This document shows positions 1 to 9,449 of a DNA stretch of 64,000 nucleotides, one piece after another. The position numbers and the translations under genes are program-made. Numbering within the stretch: position 1 is the stretch's first letter; every line of letters starts with the position of its first letter. The stretch lies in assembly GCA_963790475.1 (NCBI GenBank), contig CAWBOS010000006.1, forward strand, positions 320,001 through 384,000. Reading direction: 5' to 3'. The notes beneath the pieces are model-generated. The model searched no databases. It worked only from the letters and a program-made list of their open reading frames with translations, and was not told the DNA's origin. Origin of the DNA: an uncultured delta proteobacterium (GTDB taxonomy: Bacteria > Desulfobacterota > RBG-13-43-22).

Positions 1-244
1 TCCGAGAAGCTTTCTCGGAAATTGTCGCGAAGAGTGGGACGCTCTTTTATAATTTAATTAACAGCATATCTATTTGAAGTTATATTTAGAAATATGCTAA
101 ACGGTAACATGACTGTGCTGACTGACCCCCGAAGTATCAGTCATGACTTCGAATACACAGGGGTCAACTTGCGTAAGAAATCGAAATTCGTAGGGACGAA
201 GGGCGGATCTATTAAAGACCCGCCCCTCGCTGCTTGATAAGGGA

Positions 245-1837
245 TTATTTATTTAAAATATCCAAAGCCTCCTGACGATAGGAATTCATGAGATAAGGGA
301 TCCCTGTTACCTTGGCGCATTCTTCAGTCAGGGACATAATATCCTGGCGGCTGATAGAGGCCACATCAAAGCATCTGGCCCCGGCCATAATCTGCTGGAG
401 ACCCACATGAAGTTTATTGGCATAACTGTAAATCCCGATGGCCCCCAGGGGGATATTTTTGATCTCTTTTTTGCCGACCAGCTCGGCCACATTTTCGTAG
501 CAGACAAAAATCTCTTCCGGGGTGGTCCCGAATTCACTGACCGTTTTTGGCAGATCATTTTTCTTTATCCACTGGGCGATGTTTTTCCCGACCATGCCCG
601 GAATCATCAGGGCCCGTCCCATACAAACCGCCTTGACATAGGGAGAACCCAGGGCCAGGGCCTTGAAAATTCCATCTTCAGAACTGAAACCTCCGGCAAA
701 GGCCAGACTGGGAACCCGCTCGCCCTTCTTAGTCAGGATCTGGGCAAACTCAGAAGCAGCGGAATGGAGATACAGGGAAGGCATACCCCATTCTTCCATC
801 ATCCGCCAGGGACTCATACCCGTTCCGCCCGGGGCCCCGTCAATGGTCAATAGATCGACTTTGGCCTTAGAACCCCATTTGATGGCCATGGCCAGTTCGC
901 GCAGGCCATAGGCACCGGTCTTCAGGGTAACTCGTTTGAAGCCCAATTTGCGGAGTCTGGCTACTTCGGCATAAAAACCTTCTTCATCGATAAAACCCAT
1001 CCTGCTGTGGCGTTCAAATTCTTTGATAGCCCCGTCCTTGAAGGCCGACTGGCTGACCGGGTCCGATGGATCCGGGGTGACGATATAGCCTCTCCTTTGC
1101 AGTTCCAAGGCCCGTTCTAAAGAGTTGACCTTGATTTCTCCGCCGATGCATTTGGCCCCCTGGCCCCATTTCAATTCAATGGTTTCGATCTTGTGTTTGC
1201 TGATGATATATTCGGCCACCCCCAAACGGGTATCTTCCACATTCATTTGAATCAGTAGTTCCCCTAATCCCCGGTGATAACGGCGGTAGGCTTCAATCCT
1301 CCGATCCATATCCGGAGATAGGACGATTTTATTGTTTTTATCCAGCACCAGACCGGGATCGATTCCGCAGACGTTCTCCCCGCAGACGATGGTCACCCCG
1401 GAGATGGCCGCCCCAACCGCGAAATGTTCCCAGTTTTTCCGGGCGATTTCCGTGGATCCCAAGGCCCCGGTAAAAATCGGCATGGCCATTTTAACTTTAA
1501 TATCCCAGCCGTAGTCGGTTTCGGTATTCACCGAAGGGAAACGGGCCGTGTCCGGATTGCCTTCGATTCCCGGCGGAAGTCCTTTGGCCCCCAAGGCATA
1601 GCCGTGGATATTCAAGTGAGAGTAATCAATGGGATAATTCTTGTCTCCGCCGGCCGTAATATCCCCGAATGGCCCGGGATAGATCAGTTCCCGGCCCCGG
1701 AAGGTGGACTTGAAGACCTCACAGTTGCCCCGACAACCGTCAATACATCTCGAACAAATGCCGCTCATGGGGACCACACTTTTGGATCTGTTGAAGGTCC
1801 TGGTGGCTTCATTGGAATTGGGCTGTTGCAGATTCAT
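245..1837 (-). CDS. FMN-binding glutamate synthase family protein (stand-alone GltB FMN domain)
   Basis: 530 aa; ELKWGQGAK, TIDGAPGGTG and FAGG...KALALG motifs of the glutamate synthase FMN barrel; N-terminal CSRC..GC...C cluster; AAGGAGG RBS. Confidence 0.85.
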   Translation of the reverse strand: MNLQQPNSNEATRTFNRSKSVVPMSGICSRCIDGCRGNCEVFKSTFRGRELIYPGPFGDITAGGDKNYPIDYSHLNIHGYALGAKGLPPGIEGNPDTARFPSVNTETDYGWDIKVKMAMPIFTGALGSTEIARKNWEHFAVGAAISGVTIVCGENVCGIDPGLVLDKNNKIVLSPDMDRRIEAYRRYHRGLGELLIQMNVEDTRLGVAEYIISKHKIETIELKWGQGAKCIGGEIKVNSLERALELQRRGYIVTPDPSDPVSQSAFKDGAIKEFERHSRMGFIDEEGFYAEVARLRKLGFKRVTLKTGAYGLRELAMAIKWGSKAKVDLLTIDGAPGGTGMSPWRMMEEWGMPSLYLHSAASEFAQILTKKGERVPSLAFAGGFSSEDGIFKALALGSPYVKAVCMGRALMIPGMVGKNIAQWIKKNDLPKTVSEFGTTPEEIFVCYENVAELVGKKEIKNIPLGAIGIYSYANKLHVGLQQIMAGARCFDVASISRQDIMSLTEECAKVTGIPYLMNSYRQEALDILNK

Positions 1838-1864
1838 GGTGTTTCCTCCTTTAGATTAGCTAAA

Positions 1865-1905
1865 ATAAAAAAGGCGTCTCCCCTTAGTGATGGAAAGACG
1901 CCTTT
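1865..1905 (-). terminator. Intrinsic terminator in the leader of the glutamate synthase-like gene (attenuator)
   Basis: Minus strand AAAGGCGTCTTTCC-ATCACTAA-GGGGAGACGCC-TTTTTTT, about 30 nt before the start codon. Confidence 0.85.
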
Positions 1906-1951
1906 GTCCTCAACAATCGCAAATATTTCTTACTTCATTGTAAGAAATATT
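1895..1951 (-). promoter_or_regulatory. ANTAR-binding dual-hairpin RNA motif
   Basis: P1: 12-bp perfect stem (1922-1933/1940-1951), loop AAUGAA; P2: AGGAC-AAAGGC-GUCUU overlapping the 5' arm of the terminator; both hexaloops have A1/G4; 11-nt linker. Confidence 0.85.
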
Positions 1952-2088
1952 CATTATTACTATCTAATAAGTAATAATTTTTAGTTAAACTTATTGTGAT
2001 TGTCAAGAACTTTTTGCCATATTTATAAAAAATTAGTTTTACTTAATTAATGTGAAGTGAGGGATTATGGGTAAGCAAAGATCAGGAG

Positions 2089-2781
2089 TTATACTTCTTC
2101 TGAAAGCAGGACGGCCTCAGCCACTTCCCGCATGGATTTCCGGGAATCCATGCTCCGTTTTTGTATCCAGCGAAAGGCCTCCTCACCACCCCAATTCCGA
2201 CGCCGGATGAGGACCTCTTTGGCCTTTTCCACCAATTTTCGGGTCTCCAATTCTTCCTGAATGACCTTGGATTTGACCATCAATTCGGTATTGAAAATGG
2301 CTACCGCCGCCTGATTGGCCACCGTAGTAAAAAGATTCTGTTCGGTCTCGGTAAAATTATGGGGGACAGAGGTATAACAATTGATGACGCCGATGACCCT
2401 TTCCCGGACACTCATGGGTACGCTTAACATGGAAATCAGCCCCATTTTTCGAGCCAGGGCTTTTTCCTTATAGAGGCTATCCTCCAGGACATTGGGGCAA
2501 AGGTAAGGTTTGTTGTACCGGGCTACATACCCTACTACCCCTTCCCCGACTTTTAAGGAACGTTTTTTGAGATAATCCCGATTGATACTTTGAGTGGCCC
2601 GGATGGTCAGGGATTGAGTTTTGTCATCCAACAGCCAGAGAGAACAAACCTTGGAATTCATGGCCTCGGCCGTGACCAGGACAATGAGCCTCAAAATATC
2701 CTCCAGGTACTGATCGGAGGTAATGGCCCGGCTGATAATGGTCAGGGCTTCAATAGTCTTATCGTAAGATTGGGAATCCAT
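2089..2781 (-). CDS. GAF + ANTAR domain RNA-binding antiterminator
   Basis: N-terminal GAF (SLWLLD, GEGVVGYVA, SVPM..RERVIGVI); C-terminal ANTAR (RKLVEKAKEVL...EEAFRWIQKRSMDSRKSMREVAEAV). Confidence 0.92.
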   Translation of the reverse strand: MDSQSYDKTIEALTIISRAITSDQYLEDILRLIVLVTAEAMNSKVCSLWLLDDKTQSLTIRATQSINRDYLKKRSLKVGEGVVGYVARYNKPYLCPNVLEDSLYKEKALARKMGLISMLSVPMSVRERVIGVINCYTSVPHNFTETEQNLFTTVANQAAVAIFNTELMVKSKVIQEELETRKLVEKAKEVLIRRRNWGGEEAFRWIQKRSMDSRKSMREVAEAVLLSEEV

Positions 2782-2787
2782 ATGGGC

Positions 2788-3813
2788 TCATACTAATTTA
2801 AACCGCTTCCGGAGTCTAACAGAAAGATCGCGGATCATTTGAAACGCCATTTCGACGGTTTTCTCTCCATCAGGATTGACCAGACAACAGGTGGCCGGGG
2901 AAATCAAGCTTCGAGAAATGAGAAATTCCAAGTCAAGACCTTTTTGGGCTAACAAATTCCAGTGACCTGTCAACCGTTCCTCCAGGGAATCAAGTTGCTC
3001 ATTTTCAAAGGGTTCGAAGTTGGTGGGCACAATCCCCCAGACCAAGACCCCGCCCCGGTCCAAAAATCTCCGAATGGATTTATGGTAGGAAGAGAAAACC
3101 TCCCCATTGGTATAAATATCGAGGGAAAGTATATCCAGGTCCAACCCTAAAAGGAAATCCCAATCGGGATTACCGCATAAATGGACCCCCCGGGGCTTTT
3201 CGATCAGGGAAAAGAAATATTCCATATCTTTTCGAGCGGCCTGGTCGCCATACCCGGCCATGGCGCTGAACAAGAATTGCAGCCCCGGTTCATCTACATA
3301 CATGAAGGCATTGGTATTTTTTCTTTTTAATCGGGTTAGCTGGGCGTTGACCCGCTTGGCCATAAATTCAAGTAAAAAAGGGCGGACCGTATCATCAAAA
3401 ATGATCGGCCGTCCTTCTTCGTCCTGGACATTGAATCCAAAACTAATCGGTCCTTCCATCTGGCCGCGGATGGCCGGCCGATCCGACAGATCGAGTTCCA
3501 GATAGCGGTGATAGACCACCGAATACTTTGGGCTGATATCAAAATAATCCGGTTCCTCAAAATGGCTCAAGGCCTCTTCCAATTCAAGGGCAAACTTTTC
3601 TTGTGAGAAACGCAAGGTCCTTTTTTCCAGATCCAGAAGGATACCGGGAAAGTGTTCCGAGGCCTGGACATACATATCTTCATAATAGCTGACATGGGGC
3701 AACTGGGGCCAAAAAGGGATATCCAGGGACAGGGCGGCGGAAAGGGCCTGATTCACATCCTTATGGGGCATGACGGCCATGGCCGTGGTCAACAGATTTC
3801 CCGGAATGGGCAT
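2788..3813 (-). CDS. Folate-independent core methionine synthase (MetE C-terminal half, MesB-like)
   Basis: 341 aa single barrel; PFWPQLP, DEP, zinc-ligand GVHLCGNPDW and SPATCCL motifs. Confidence 0.7.
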   Translation of the reverse strand: MPIPGNLLTTAMAVMPHKDVNQALSAALSLDIPFWPQLPHVSYYEDMYVQASEHFPGILLDLEKRTLRFSQEKFALELEEALSHFEEPDYFDISPKYSVVYHRYLELDLSDRPAIRGQMEGPISFGFNVQDEEGRPIIFDDTVRPFLLEFMAKRVNAQLTRLKRKNTNAFMYVDEPGLQFLFSAMAGYGDQAARKDMEYFFSLIEKPRGVHLCGNPDWDFLLGLDLDILSLDIYTNGEVFSSYHKSIRRFLDRGGVLVWGIVPTNFEPFENEQLDSLEERLTGHWNLLAQKGLDLEFLISRSLISPATCCLVNPDGEKTVEMAFQMIRDLSVRLRKRFKLV

Positions 3814-3955
3814 AATAAAATTCCTTGTAAAGAAGGTCTAAGGCCCAAGGTTCAAGGTTTAAGAAAAAACCGAATCCCCTAAACCCTAAACCTTATACCT
3901 TATACCCGAAGTTTTTGATTCCTCAGAACTTCAAACCAAATTTTCTTAAAAAATT

Positions 3956-5026
3956 TCATGAGCTATGCCTGATATGCACAATTTCTCCATCCCGGACCAC
4001 ATACTCCTTACCTTCCAGGCGCAGCCTTCCTTTTTGTTTAACCTGGTTCAAACCACCCAGTTCGATCAACTCATCATATCCCGCCACCTCGGCCCGGATG
4101 AAACCCCTGGCCAAATCGGAATGGATGGCGGCCGCGGCCTCCAGGGCAGTGGCCCCGCGCCGGATGGTCCAGGCCCGGACTTCGTCTTCTCCGACGGTGA
4201 AAAAGGATTGCAGGCCGAGCAGGTCATAGGAAAGCTGCAACACCCGGGTGCGGCTCAATTCAGTAATGGCGTATTCCTCCATAAACAGGGCGGCATCCTC
4301 AGGGGATAATTCGGAGATCTCCTTTTCCAGCCGGGCGGACAGATGGACCACGGCACTGGCTTGATGGGAGTAAGAGATCTGGGGTCCCTGCCCGTCATCT
4401 CCGGTGTTGACCACCACTAAAACCGGTTTAAAGGACAAAAATCCGTAGCCCCGCAAGGGTTTGATTTCCTCGGGGGTCAAGCCCATATCCCGCAGGGGTT
4501 TTTCTTGTTCCAGGGCCGTCCTCATAGTTTCAAATACTGTTTTCTCTTTGAGGGCCAGGTCCCGGTCCACAGCCCCTTTTTTCAAACCCTCCAACAACCG
4601 GTCATACCGGCGTTCAACGGTTGTGAGGTCTTGGAGTAAGAATTCGGTATCGAGAAGGGCCAGATCCCGGACGGGATTGATAGACCCTTCACTATGGGCT
4701 ACGGCCGGATTCTCAAAGGCCCGCAAGACATGGATAAAGGCATCCATCTGACCCAGGAGGTTGACGAAGGCCCCGGGAAGGCCTTTTTTACTAACCCCTT
4801 TATCCAGCCCGGCGATGTCGGCAAAGGTGACTTGGGCATAAATGGTCTTTTTAGGTTTAAAAATCTTAGTAAGCTGATCCACACGGGGATCGGGAACTTC
4901 AGCCACGGCCGTATGGATTTCCAATTGGCCGGAAGAAAAAGCCGAGATCGCCTTTTCCCCTCCGGCCAGGGCTTGAAAAAGGGTCGTCTTTCCTGTTTGG
5001 GGGAGTCCGATTATTCCAATTTGCAT
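3956..5026 (-). CDS. ychF: Redox-regulated ATPase YchF
   Basis: GIIGLPQTGKTT, VPDPR, DIAGL, FFTVGEDEVRAWT, IHSDLARGFIRAEV, EGKEYVVRDG. Confidence 0.95.
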   Translation of the reverse strand: MQIGIIGLPQTGKTTLFQALAGGEKAISAFSSGQLEIHTAVAEVPDPRVDQLTKIFKPKKTIYAQVTFADIAGLDKGVSKKGLPGAFVNLLGQMDAFIHVLRAFENPAVAHSEGSINPVRDLALLDTEFLLQDLTTVERRYDRLLEGLKKGAVDRDLALKEKTVFETMRTALEQEKPLRDMGLTPEEIKPLRGYGFLSFKPVLVVVNTGDDGQGPQISYSHQASAVVHLSARLEKEISELSPEDAALFMEEYAITELSRTRVLQLSYDLLGLQSFFTVGEDEVRAWTIRRGATALEAAAAIHSDLARGFIRAEVAGYDELIELGGLNQVKQKGRLRLEGKEYVVRDGEIVHIRHSS

Positions 5027-5033
5027 GTTTATT

Positions 5034-5062
5034 AGTATGCCCTAATAAGGGACGGGGGTCAA
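5034..5062 (-). promoter_or_regulatory. Sigma70-like promoter of ychF
   Basis: TTGACC-17 nt-CATACT, ATG 7 nt downstream. Confidence 0.5.
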
Positions 5063-5159
5063 GGGTAGGTTGTCTTATTATTCTTTACTTTTAGTGGAAG
5101 GTGCAGATAATATCAGCAACCAATCAATTTTGATGAACCATTAATAAGTCATCAAAGAA

Positions 5160-5308
5160 GACGACAAAGAAAAAAGCTCTCCCGCCTATCGGCGGGACCA
5201 GGCGCGCAAATCCTGAGGAATGATGGGTACACAGAAGTACGCTGCAATGACGGAGGATGCAGTGCAATCCCGCGAAAGGCGGGGCAATGGTCTTTTTACC
5301 AAGTCGTC
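5160..5308. repeat. MITE-like intergenic element (~149 bp)
   Basis: Imperfect terminal IRs GACGAC...AAAAAG / CTTTTTACCAAGTCGTC resembling the IRs at 42344/43172; internal hairpins CCCGCCTATCGGCGGG and CCCGCGAAAGGCGGG. Confidence 0.65.
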
Positions 5309-5337
5309 AATTTTCACTCGGGTAAGGAGGAAAGGGG

Positions 5338-5661
5338 ATGGAAGGAACCGGTGCCTGCGGGATCAACTGTTACACCTGTAAACTTTTTACCGAAGGCCGG
5401 TGCAGTCCCTGCGGCTCCGGCCTGTCGGAACAAGCTACCCGAAAGCTGGCCTCCCAGTTGCGGCTGATGGGTGGAGTCTGTCCTATCTTGAATTGCGCCG
5501 TGGAACGAAAAGTGGAATTCTGCCTCAGGGATTGCGAAAGTTTTCCCTGCCCGCATTTCAAATTCGGCCCATACCCCTTCAGCGACGGTTTTCTACAGAT
5601 GCAGATGCGACGAAGGGGAGGACCTGCCTCGGAAAATCCTCCCAAATCCCAGATCCATTAA
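5338..5661 (+). CDS. Cys-rich DUF3795-like protein
   Basis: GACGINCYTC...CSPC...CPILNC...EFCLRDCESFPC pattern; AAGGAGG RBS. Confidence 0.75.
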   Translation: MEGTGACGINCYTCKLFTEGRCSPCGSGLSEQATRKLASQLRLMGGVCPILNCAVERKVEFCLRDCESFPCPHFKFGPYPFSDGFLQMQMRRRGGPASENPPKSQIH

Positions 5662-5733
5662 AAAAACCCTTCGCCAATTTTTCTTCGTTTTCCAGGGAAT
5701 ATTCTCCTTTCATCCCCCGGAGTGGCCAGGGGT

Positions 5734-7194
5734 TTAATTTATCTTTCGGATGCCGTTGTCTTTTTGAAAGCGGTAATACACGGCCAGTCTGGCCAACGCT
5801 CGACTTGCCCCGGCCAGCGTACCATAAACGGGAATCCCTTTCTTGGGGAGTTCCCTTCTGAGTTTGGCGCGCAGTTCGCTCTCCCAGGGGTCATTGGCAA
5901 AGGAATGGAATACCAGGGCAACAGGTTTTCCGGCCGGGTTGTTTTTGGCGAAATCCGATAAATATTCCACCATAAGGTTGACCTGCTCCAGGCCGGCATG
6001 GCGGGCCATATCCAGATGGGGCATAACGATGAGCATGTCTATCCCCGGATCAGCGGTGACCAGCTCCATCTCCCGCATCATCGTTGAGGCATTACGAAAC
6101 ACCAGACCTGTGTCCAGGGGGTTCCGGATACTGGCCCCGGCCAGGGAAATAAATTTTTTTAGTTCATTCTGGGTACTCTGACTTAAAGGTGGAACATCCA
6201 GCCCTTCCCGGCTGCAGGTATCGGCCGCGGCCACGCTCGTACCCCCTCCAAGTCCCATAACCGCTACCCGCTTGCCCTTTGTCGGTTTTATATAAAGAAA
6301 GGACATGGCCGTTTCGGCCATTTCTTCTAAGGAGAAGACCGGCACTGCTCCGGTTTGAGCGAAGAACCCGCGCCAGACGGCCTCCTGGCCGGCCAAGGAA
6401 GCCGTATGGGAGGCAACCGCCCTTGATCCATGATCGGTAAGCCCGGCCTTCCAGAGGATGACGGGTTTGACCCGGTTAATTTCCCTCACCTGTCGAAGAA
6501 GCTTTTCGCCGTCCTTAATCCCTTCCAGATAGATGCAAATAATCTTCGTTTCCGGGTCCGTGGCCAGATACTCCAGGAAATCGGTGCTGTCCAGGACATA
6601 GGCATTACCAAAGCTGATGACCTTACTGAAGTTGACCCCGTAGTTCGGGCCATAATGGGCGTACCAGTTGCAATGGCCCCCGCTCTGGGAGAGGAAGGCG
6701 ACAGAACCGCTTTCCTTGGGTAATTGGTCAAAGGTCCCGATGCCGGCTGAGGGTACATACAAGCCCATACAGTTGGGACCGATGAGGCGCAGCCGGCCCC
6801 GTTCGGCAATCTCCCGGACCTTGAGGCCTAAGGTGATGGCTTCTTCCTCGCCGGTCTCTTCAAAACCGGAGGTAAAAGCATGAATGTTTCTGGCATTGGC
6901 TTTGATACAATCTTCAAGGACGGCGGGCAGTGCCCGGGCCGGAACCGCCGCAATTACCAGATCGATGGCCTCAGGGATGGACGAAACGGTGGGGTAGGTT
7001 TTATAGCCAAACACTTCTGCCGCCTTAGGATTGACCGGATATAGGCGCCCGCTGAAACCAAGCTGCTCATGGCTGGTAATGAAGGACGTCCCTCCCGGAG
7101 CCCAGAGTGCCCCCCGTTTGGCATCGGACGATACGCCGACAATCGCTATGGTTTCCGGATGAAAGGCCCTCTCCAATCCTGCATCCCAGGCCAT
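5734..7194 (-). CDS. NDP-forming acyl-CoA synthetase, alpha-type subunit (CoA-binding protein)
   Basis: IAIVGVS, YPVNP, IGPNCMG, SQSGG, phospho-His ASHTASLAG, NPLD; no ATP-grasp domain. Confidence 0.88.
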   Translation of the reverse strand: MAWDAGLERAFHPETIAIVGVSSDAKRGALWAPGGTSFITSHEQLGFSGRLYPVNPKAAEVFGYKTYPTVSSIPEAIDLVIAAVPARALPAVLEDCIKANARNIHAFTSGFEETGEEEAITLGLKVREIAERGRLRLIGPNCMGLYVPSAGIGTFDQLPKESGSVAFLSQSGGHCNWYAHYGPNYGVNFSKVISFGNAYVLDSTDFLEYLATDPETKIICIYLEGIKDGEKLLRQVREINRVKPVILWKAGLTDHGSRAVASHTASLAGQEAVWRGFFAQTGAVPVFSLEEMAETAMSFLYIKPTKGKRVAVMGLGGGTSVAAADTCSREGLDVPPLSQSTQNELKKFISLAGASIRNPLDTGLVFRNASTMMREMELVTADPGIDMLIVMPHLDMARHAGLEQVNLMVEYLSDFAKNNPAGKPVALVFHSFANDPWESELRAKLRRELPKKGIPVYGTLAGASRALARLAVYYRFQKDNGIRKIN

Positions 7195-7372
7195 TGATAA
7201 ACTCCTTTCAAATTTTTTGATTTATCGGTATGTCTTTTTAGGTGAAAGGAGTATAAAATGATGGGTAAATAGGAGTCAAGGGGAAAAGGGTTGCAGGATT
7301 AGGGTGCACTATTTCGGCGGGACTGAGAATCAGAATGCTACCCGAAGATAAGAACAAAAGGAGATATTAGGG

Positions 7373-8017
7373 ATGAATATAATGGCCTTTAACGGAAGTC
7401 CGAGAAAAAAATGGAATACGGCGACTCTATTGACCAAGGCCCTGGAAGGCGCGGTCTCCCAAGGCTCGGAGACGGAACTTGTTCACTTGTATGATCTTAA
7501 TTTTCGAGGATGCCTGAGTTGTTTTTCCTGCAAAAAAAAAGGGGGCCGAAGTTATGGAAGATGCGCGGCCCGGGATGACCTCACCCCGATTCTGAAAAAG
7601 GTGGAGGAGAGCGATGCCTTGATCCTGGGCTCCCCGATCTATTTTGGAACGGTTTCCGGAGAAATGAGATCTTTCATGGAACGTTTATTGTTCCCTTATC
7701 ACATGTATACCTTTCCTCCCCGCTCTCTTTTTCCCAAGAAGATCAAGACCGGTTTTATTTATACGATGAACGTCCCTGAAGAGTGGATGAAAAATTTGGG
7801 TTACGATAAAATGGTCGGTTCTAATGAAAGGCTCTTGAAGACCATATTCGGTGCCTCAGAGTCTTTGTGCAGCTTTGATACTTATCAGTTTAAAGATTAT
7901 TCCAAGGTGGTAGTGGAAATTTTTGATCCGGAGCAGAAAGCCAAGAGGCGCAAGGAAGTATTTCCCATAGATTGCCAAAATGCTTTTGAGATGGGGGTTG
8001 GATTGACCGGAAAATAG
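7373..8017 (+). CDS. Iron-sulfur flavoprotein / NADPH-dependent FMN reductase family
   Basis: NGSPRKKWNT, CLSCFSC...C, GSPIYFG motifs. Confidence 0.88.
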   Translation: MNIMAFNGSPRKKWNTATLLTKALEGAVSQGSETELVHLYDLNFRGCLSCFSCKKKGGRSYGRCAARDDLTPILKKVEESDALILGSPIYFGTVSGEMRSFMERLLFPYHMYTFPPRSLFPKKIKTGFIYTMNVPEEWMKNLGYDKMVGSNERLLKTIFGASESLCSFDTYQFKDYSKVVVEIFDPEQKAKRRKEVFPIDCQNAFEMGVGLTGK

Positions 8018-8075
8018 GTCCTGAGGTCCATTTTGTTTATAGTTACAATGAGACCCTTAATCACCAGGAGGTTTT

Positions 8076-8294
8076 GTGAACTGGGAAAAACTGATCACTT
8101 TGGACAATCAATTTCAGGCCGATCTCCTGACCGATGCTTTAGGAAAGGCCGAAATACCTTTCCTGGTCAGGGAATACAAAGATACCGCTTATGATGGGTT
8201 GTTTGTAACCCAGAAGGGCTGGGGAACGGTCATGGTCGAAGAAAGCAAACTGGATGAAGCCAAGGCCATTGCGACAGACGTACTTACTTGTTAG
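8076..8294 (+). CDS. DUF2007-like small protein
   Basis: 72 aa, AGGAGG RBS, GTG start; EIPFLVREY.DTAYDG...W..V.V pattern. Confidence 0.65.
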   Translation: MNWEKLITLDNQFQADLLTDALGKAEIPFLVREYKDTAYDGLFVTQKGWGTVMVEESKLDEAKAIATDVLTC

Positions 8295-8438
8295 ATCGGG
8301 ATTCCTGAGGCTTATTTCAGTATCACTGAGAATCCCACGGGCAGGCACTTAATCCATCATTGGGACATCATGAGGGCCCTCCTTGGGGTGAAAGGAGCCC
8401 TCGTAGAACAATTTTTATGCAATTTCGAAGGAGAGGTT

Positions 8439-8921
8439 ATGGAAGAGTTTAATCAGCCTAAAATTGAAAAAGATTTTTGGAAGAATTGGGAGAAACGTAA
8501 GACCTGGGATGAGATCCGGCCGGGGGAATTACGTCCTTCAATTCCTGTGATCCTGACTAAAGAGATGATTCAAAAGTATGCCCGGGCCATCGGGGACTTG
8601 AATCCTTTATATTTTGACGAGGAGTATGCCAAGAAAACCCCCTGGGGCGGGCTCATCGCCCCGCCCAGCATCCACGTTATGCTCATGTTTGCCTGCACAC
8701 CTGATGATGATTGGATGAGGGAACCGGGGACCATCAACGCCGGTCAATCCTGGTTCTACAATATCCCGGCCCGGCCGGGTGATCGGATTCGGCTGGTTTG
8801 CAAGGCCCTGGATCGGTTTATCAAAAAGGATCGTCTTTTTGTCATCCATGAAAATGTCTTTTATAATCAAAACGACGAAGTCATCTGCTCGGGGCGGGGC
8901 TGGACCATCCGCCCCAGGTAA
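8439..8921 (+). CDS. MaoC/hotdog dehydratase, HadA-like subunit
   Basis: YARAIGDLNPLYFD..YAK.TPWGGLIAPP; start set at ATG 8439 behind GAAGGAG. Confidence 0.8.
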   Translation: MEEFNQPKIEKDFWKNWEKRKTWDEIRPGELRPSIPVILTKEMIQKYARAIGDLNPLYFDEEYAKKTPWGGLIAPPSIHVMLMFACTPDDDWMREPGTINAGQSWFYNIPARPGDRIRLVCKALDRFIKKDRLFVIHENVFYNQNDEVICSGRGWTIRPR

Positions 8922-8939
8922 GGAAAGGAGACGAAGTCG

Positions 8940-9398
8940 ATGAATTCAAATAGCTTTGAGGGAATTCAAGTCGGGCAAGTCATAGAGGGACGTCCTATGG
9001 AAATAACCAGGGAGACTATCCGCGAGTTTGCCGAAGCTTCCCTGGACTTCAATCCCCTCCATCTGGACAGCGAATATATGGCCAGGCAGGATTTTGGAAA
9101 GACAAAATTTAAACAGGTGATCGCCCATGGGATGACCAATTTTTCCTTGATCACCCGGATGATGACCGAATGGCTGTGGCCTATCGGGGGAATCCATCGC
9201 CGATTGGAAACCCGGTGGCTCAAACCGGTCTATTCGGGAGACACGGTTTCCCCGAAGGCCATCGTTTCCAAAAAATTAAAAACCGAAAAAGGGCAGTGGG
9301 TCCTTTTCAATATTGAGGTCAGGAACCAGGAGGGTATTCTGGTCTCCAGTGGAGAAGCCATGGCCGAATTCCCCGGAGTCGATTCCACTGCCCGCTGA
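8940..9398 (+). CDS. MaoC family (R)-hydratase/dehydratase
   Basis: FAEASLDFNPLH...IAHGM...KPVYSGD hydratase-2 motif. Confidence 0.88.
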   Translation: MNSNSFEGIQVGQVIEGRPMEITRETIREFAEASLDFNPLHLDSEYMARQDFGKTKFKQVIAHGMTNFSLITRMMTEWLWPIGGIHRRLETRWLKPVYSGDTVSPKAIVSKKLKTEKGQWVLFNIEVRNQEGILVSSGEAMAEFPGVDSTAR

Positions 9399-9449
9399 AA
9401 GGCCGGGCATTTAAATGATCAAGAGAAAATATTCGATCTCAACTCCGGG

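Noticed and set aside
1-235. Several hairpins at the window start (1-19, 63-98, 123-166, 201-225)
   Set aside because: Probably REP/MITE fragments or terminators; context cut by the window edge, no RNA family recognised
3814-3955. SAM riboswitch before the methionine synthase (and B12 riboswitch before 15280)
   Set aside because: No conserved riboswitch cores seen; the region is heptamer repeats and AT-rich DNA
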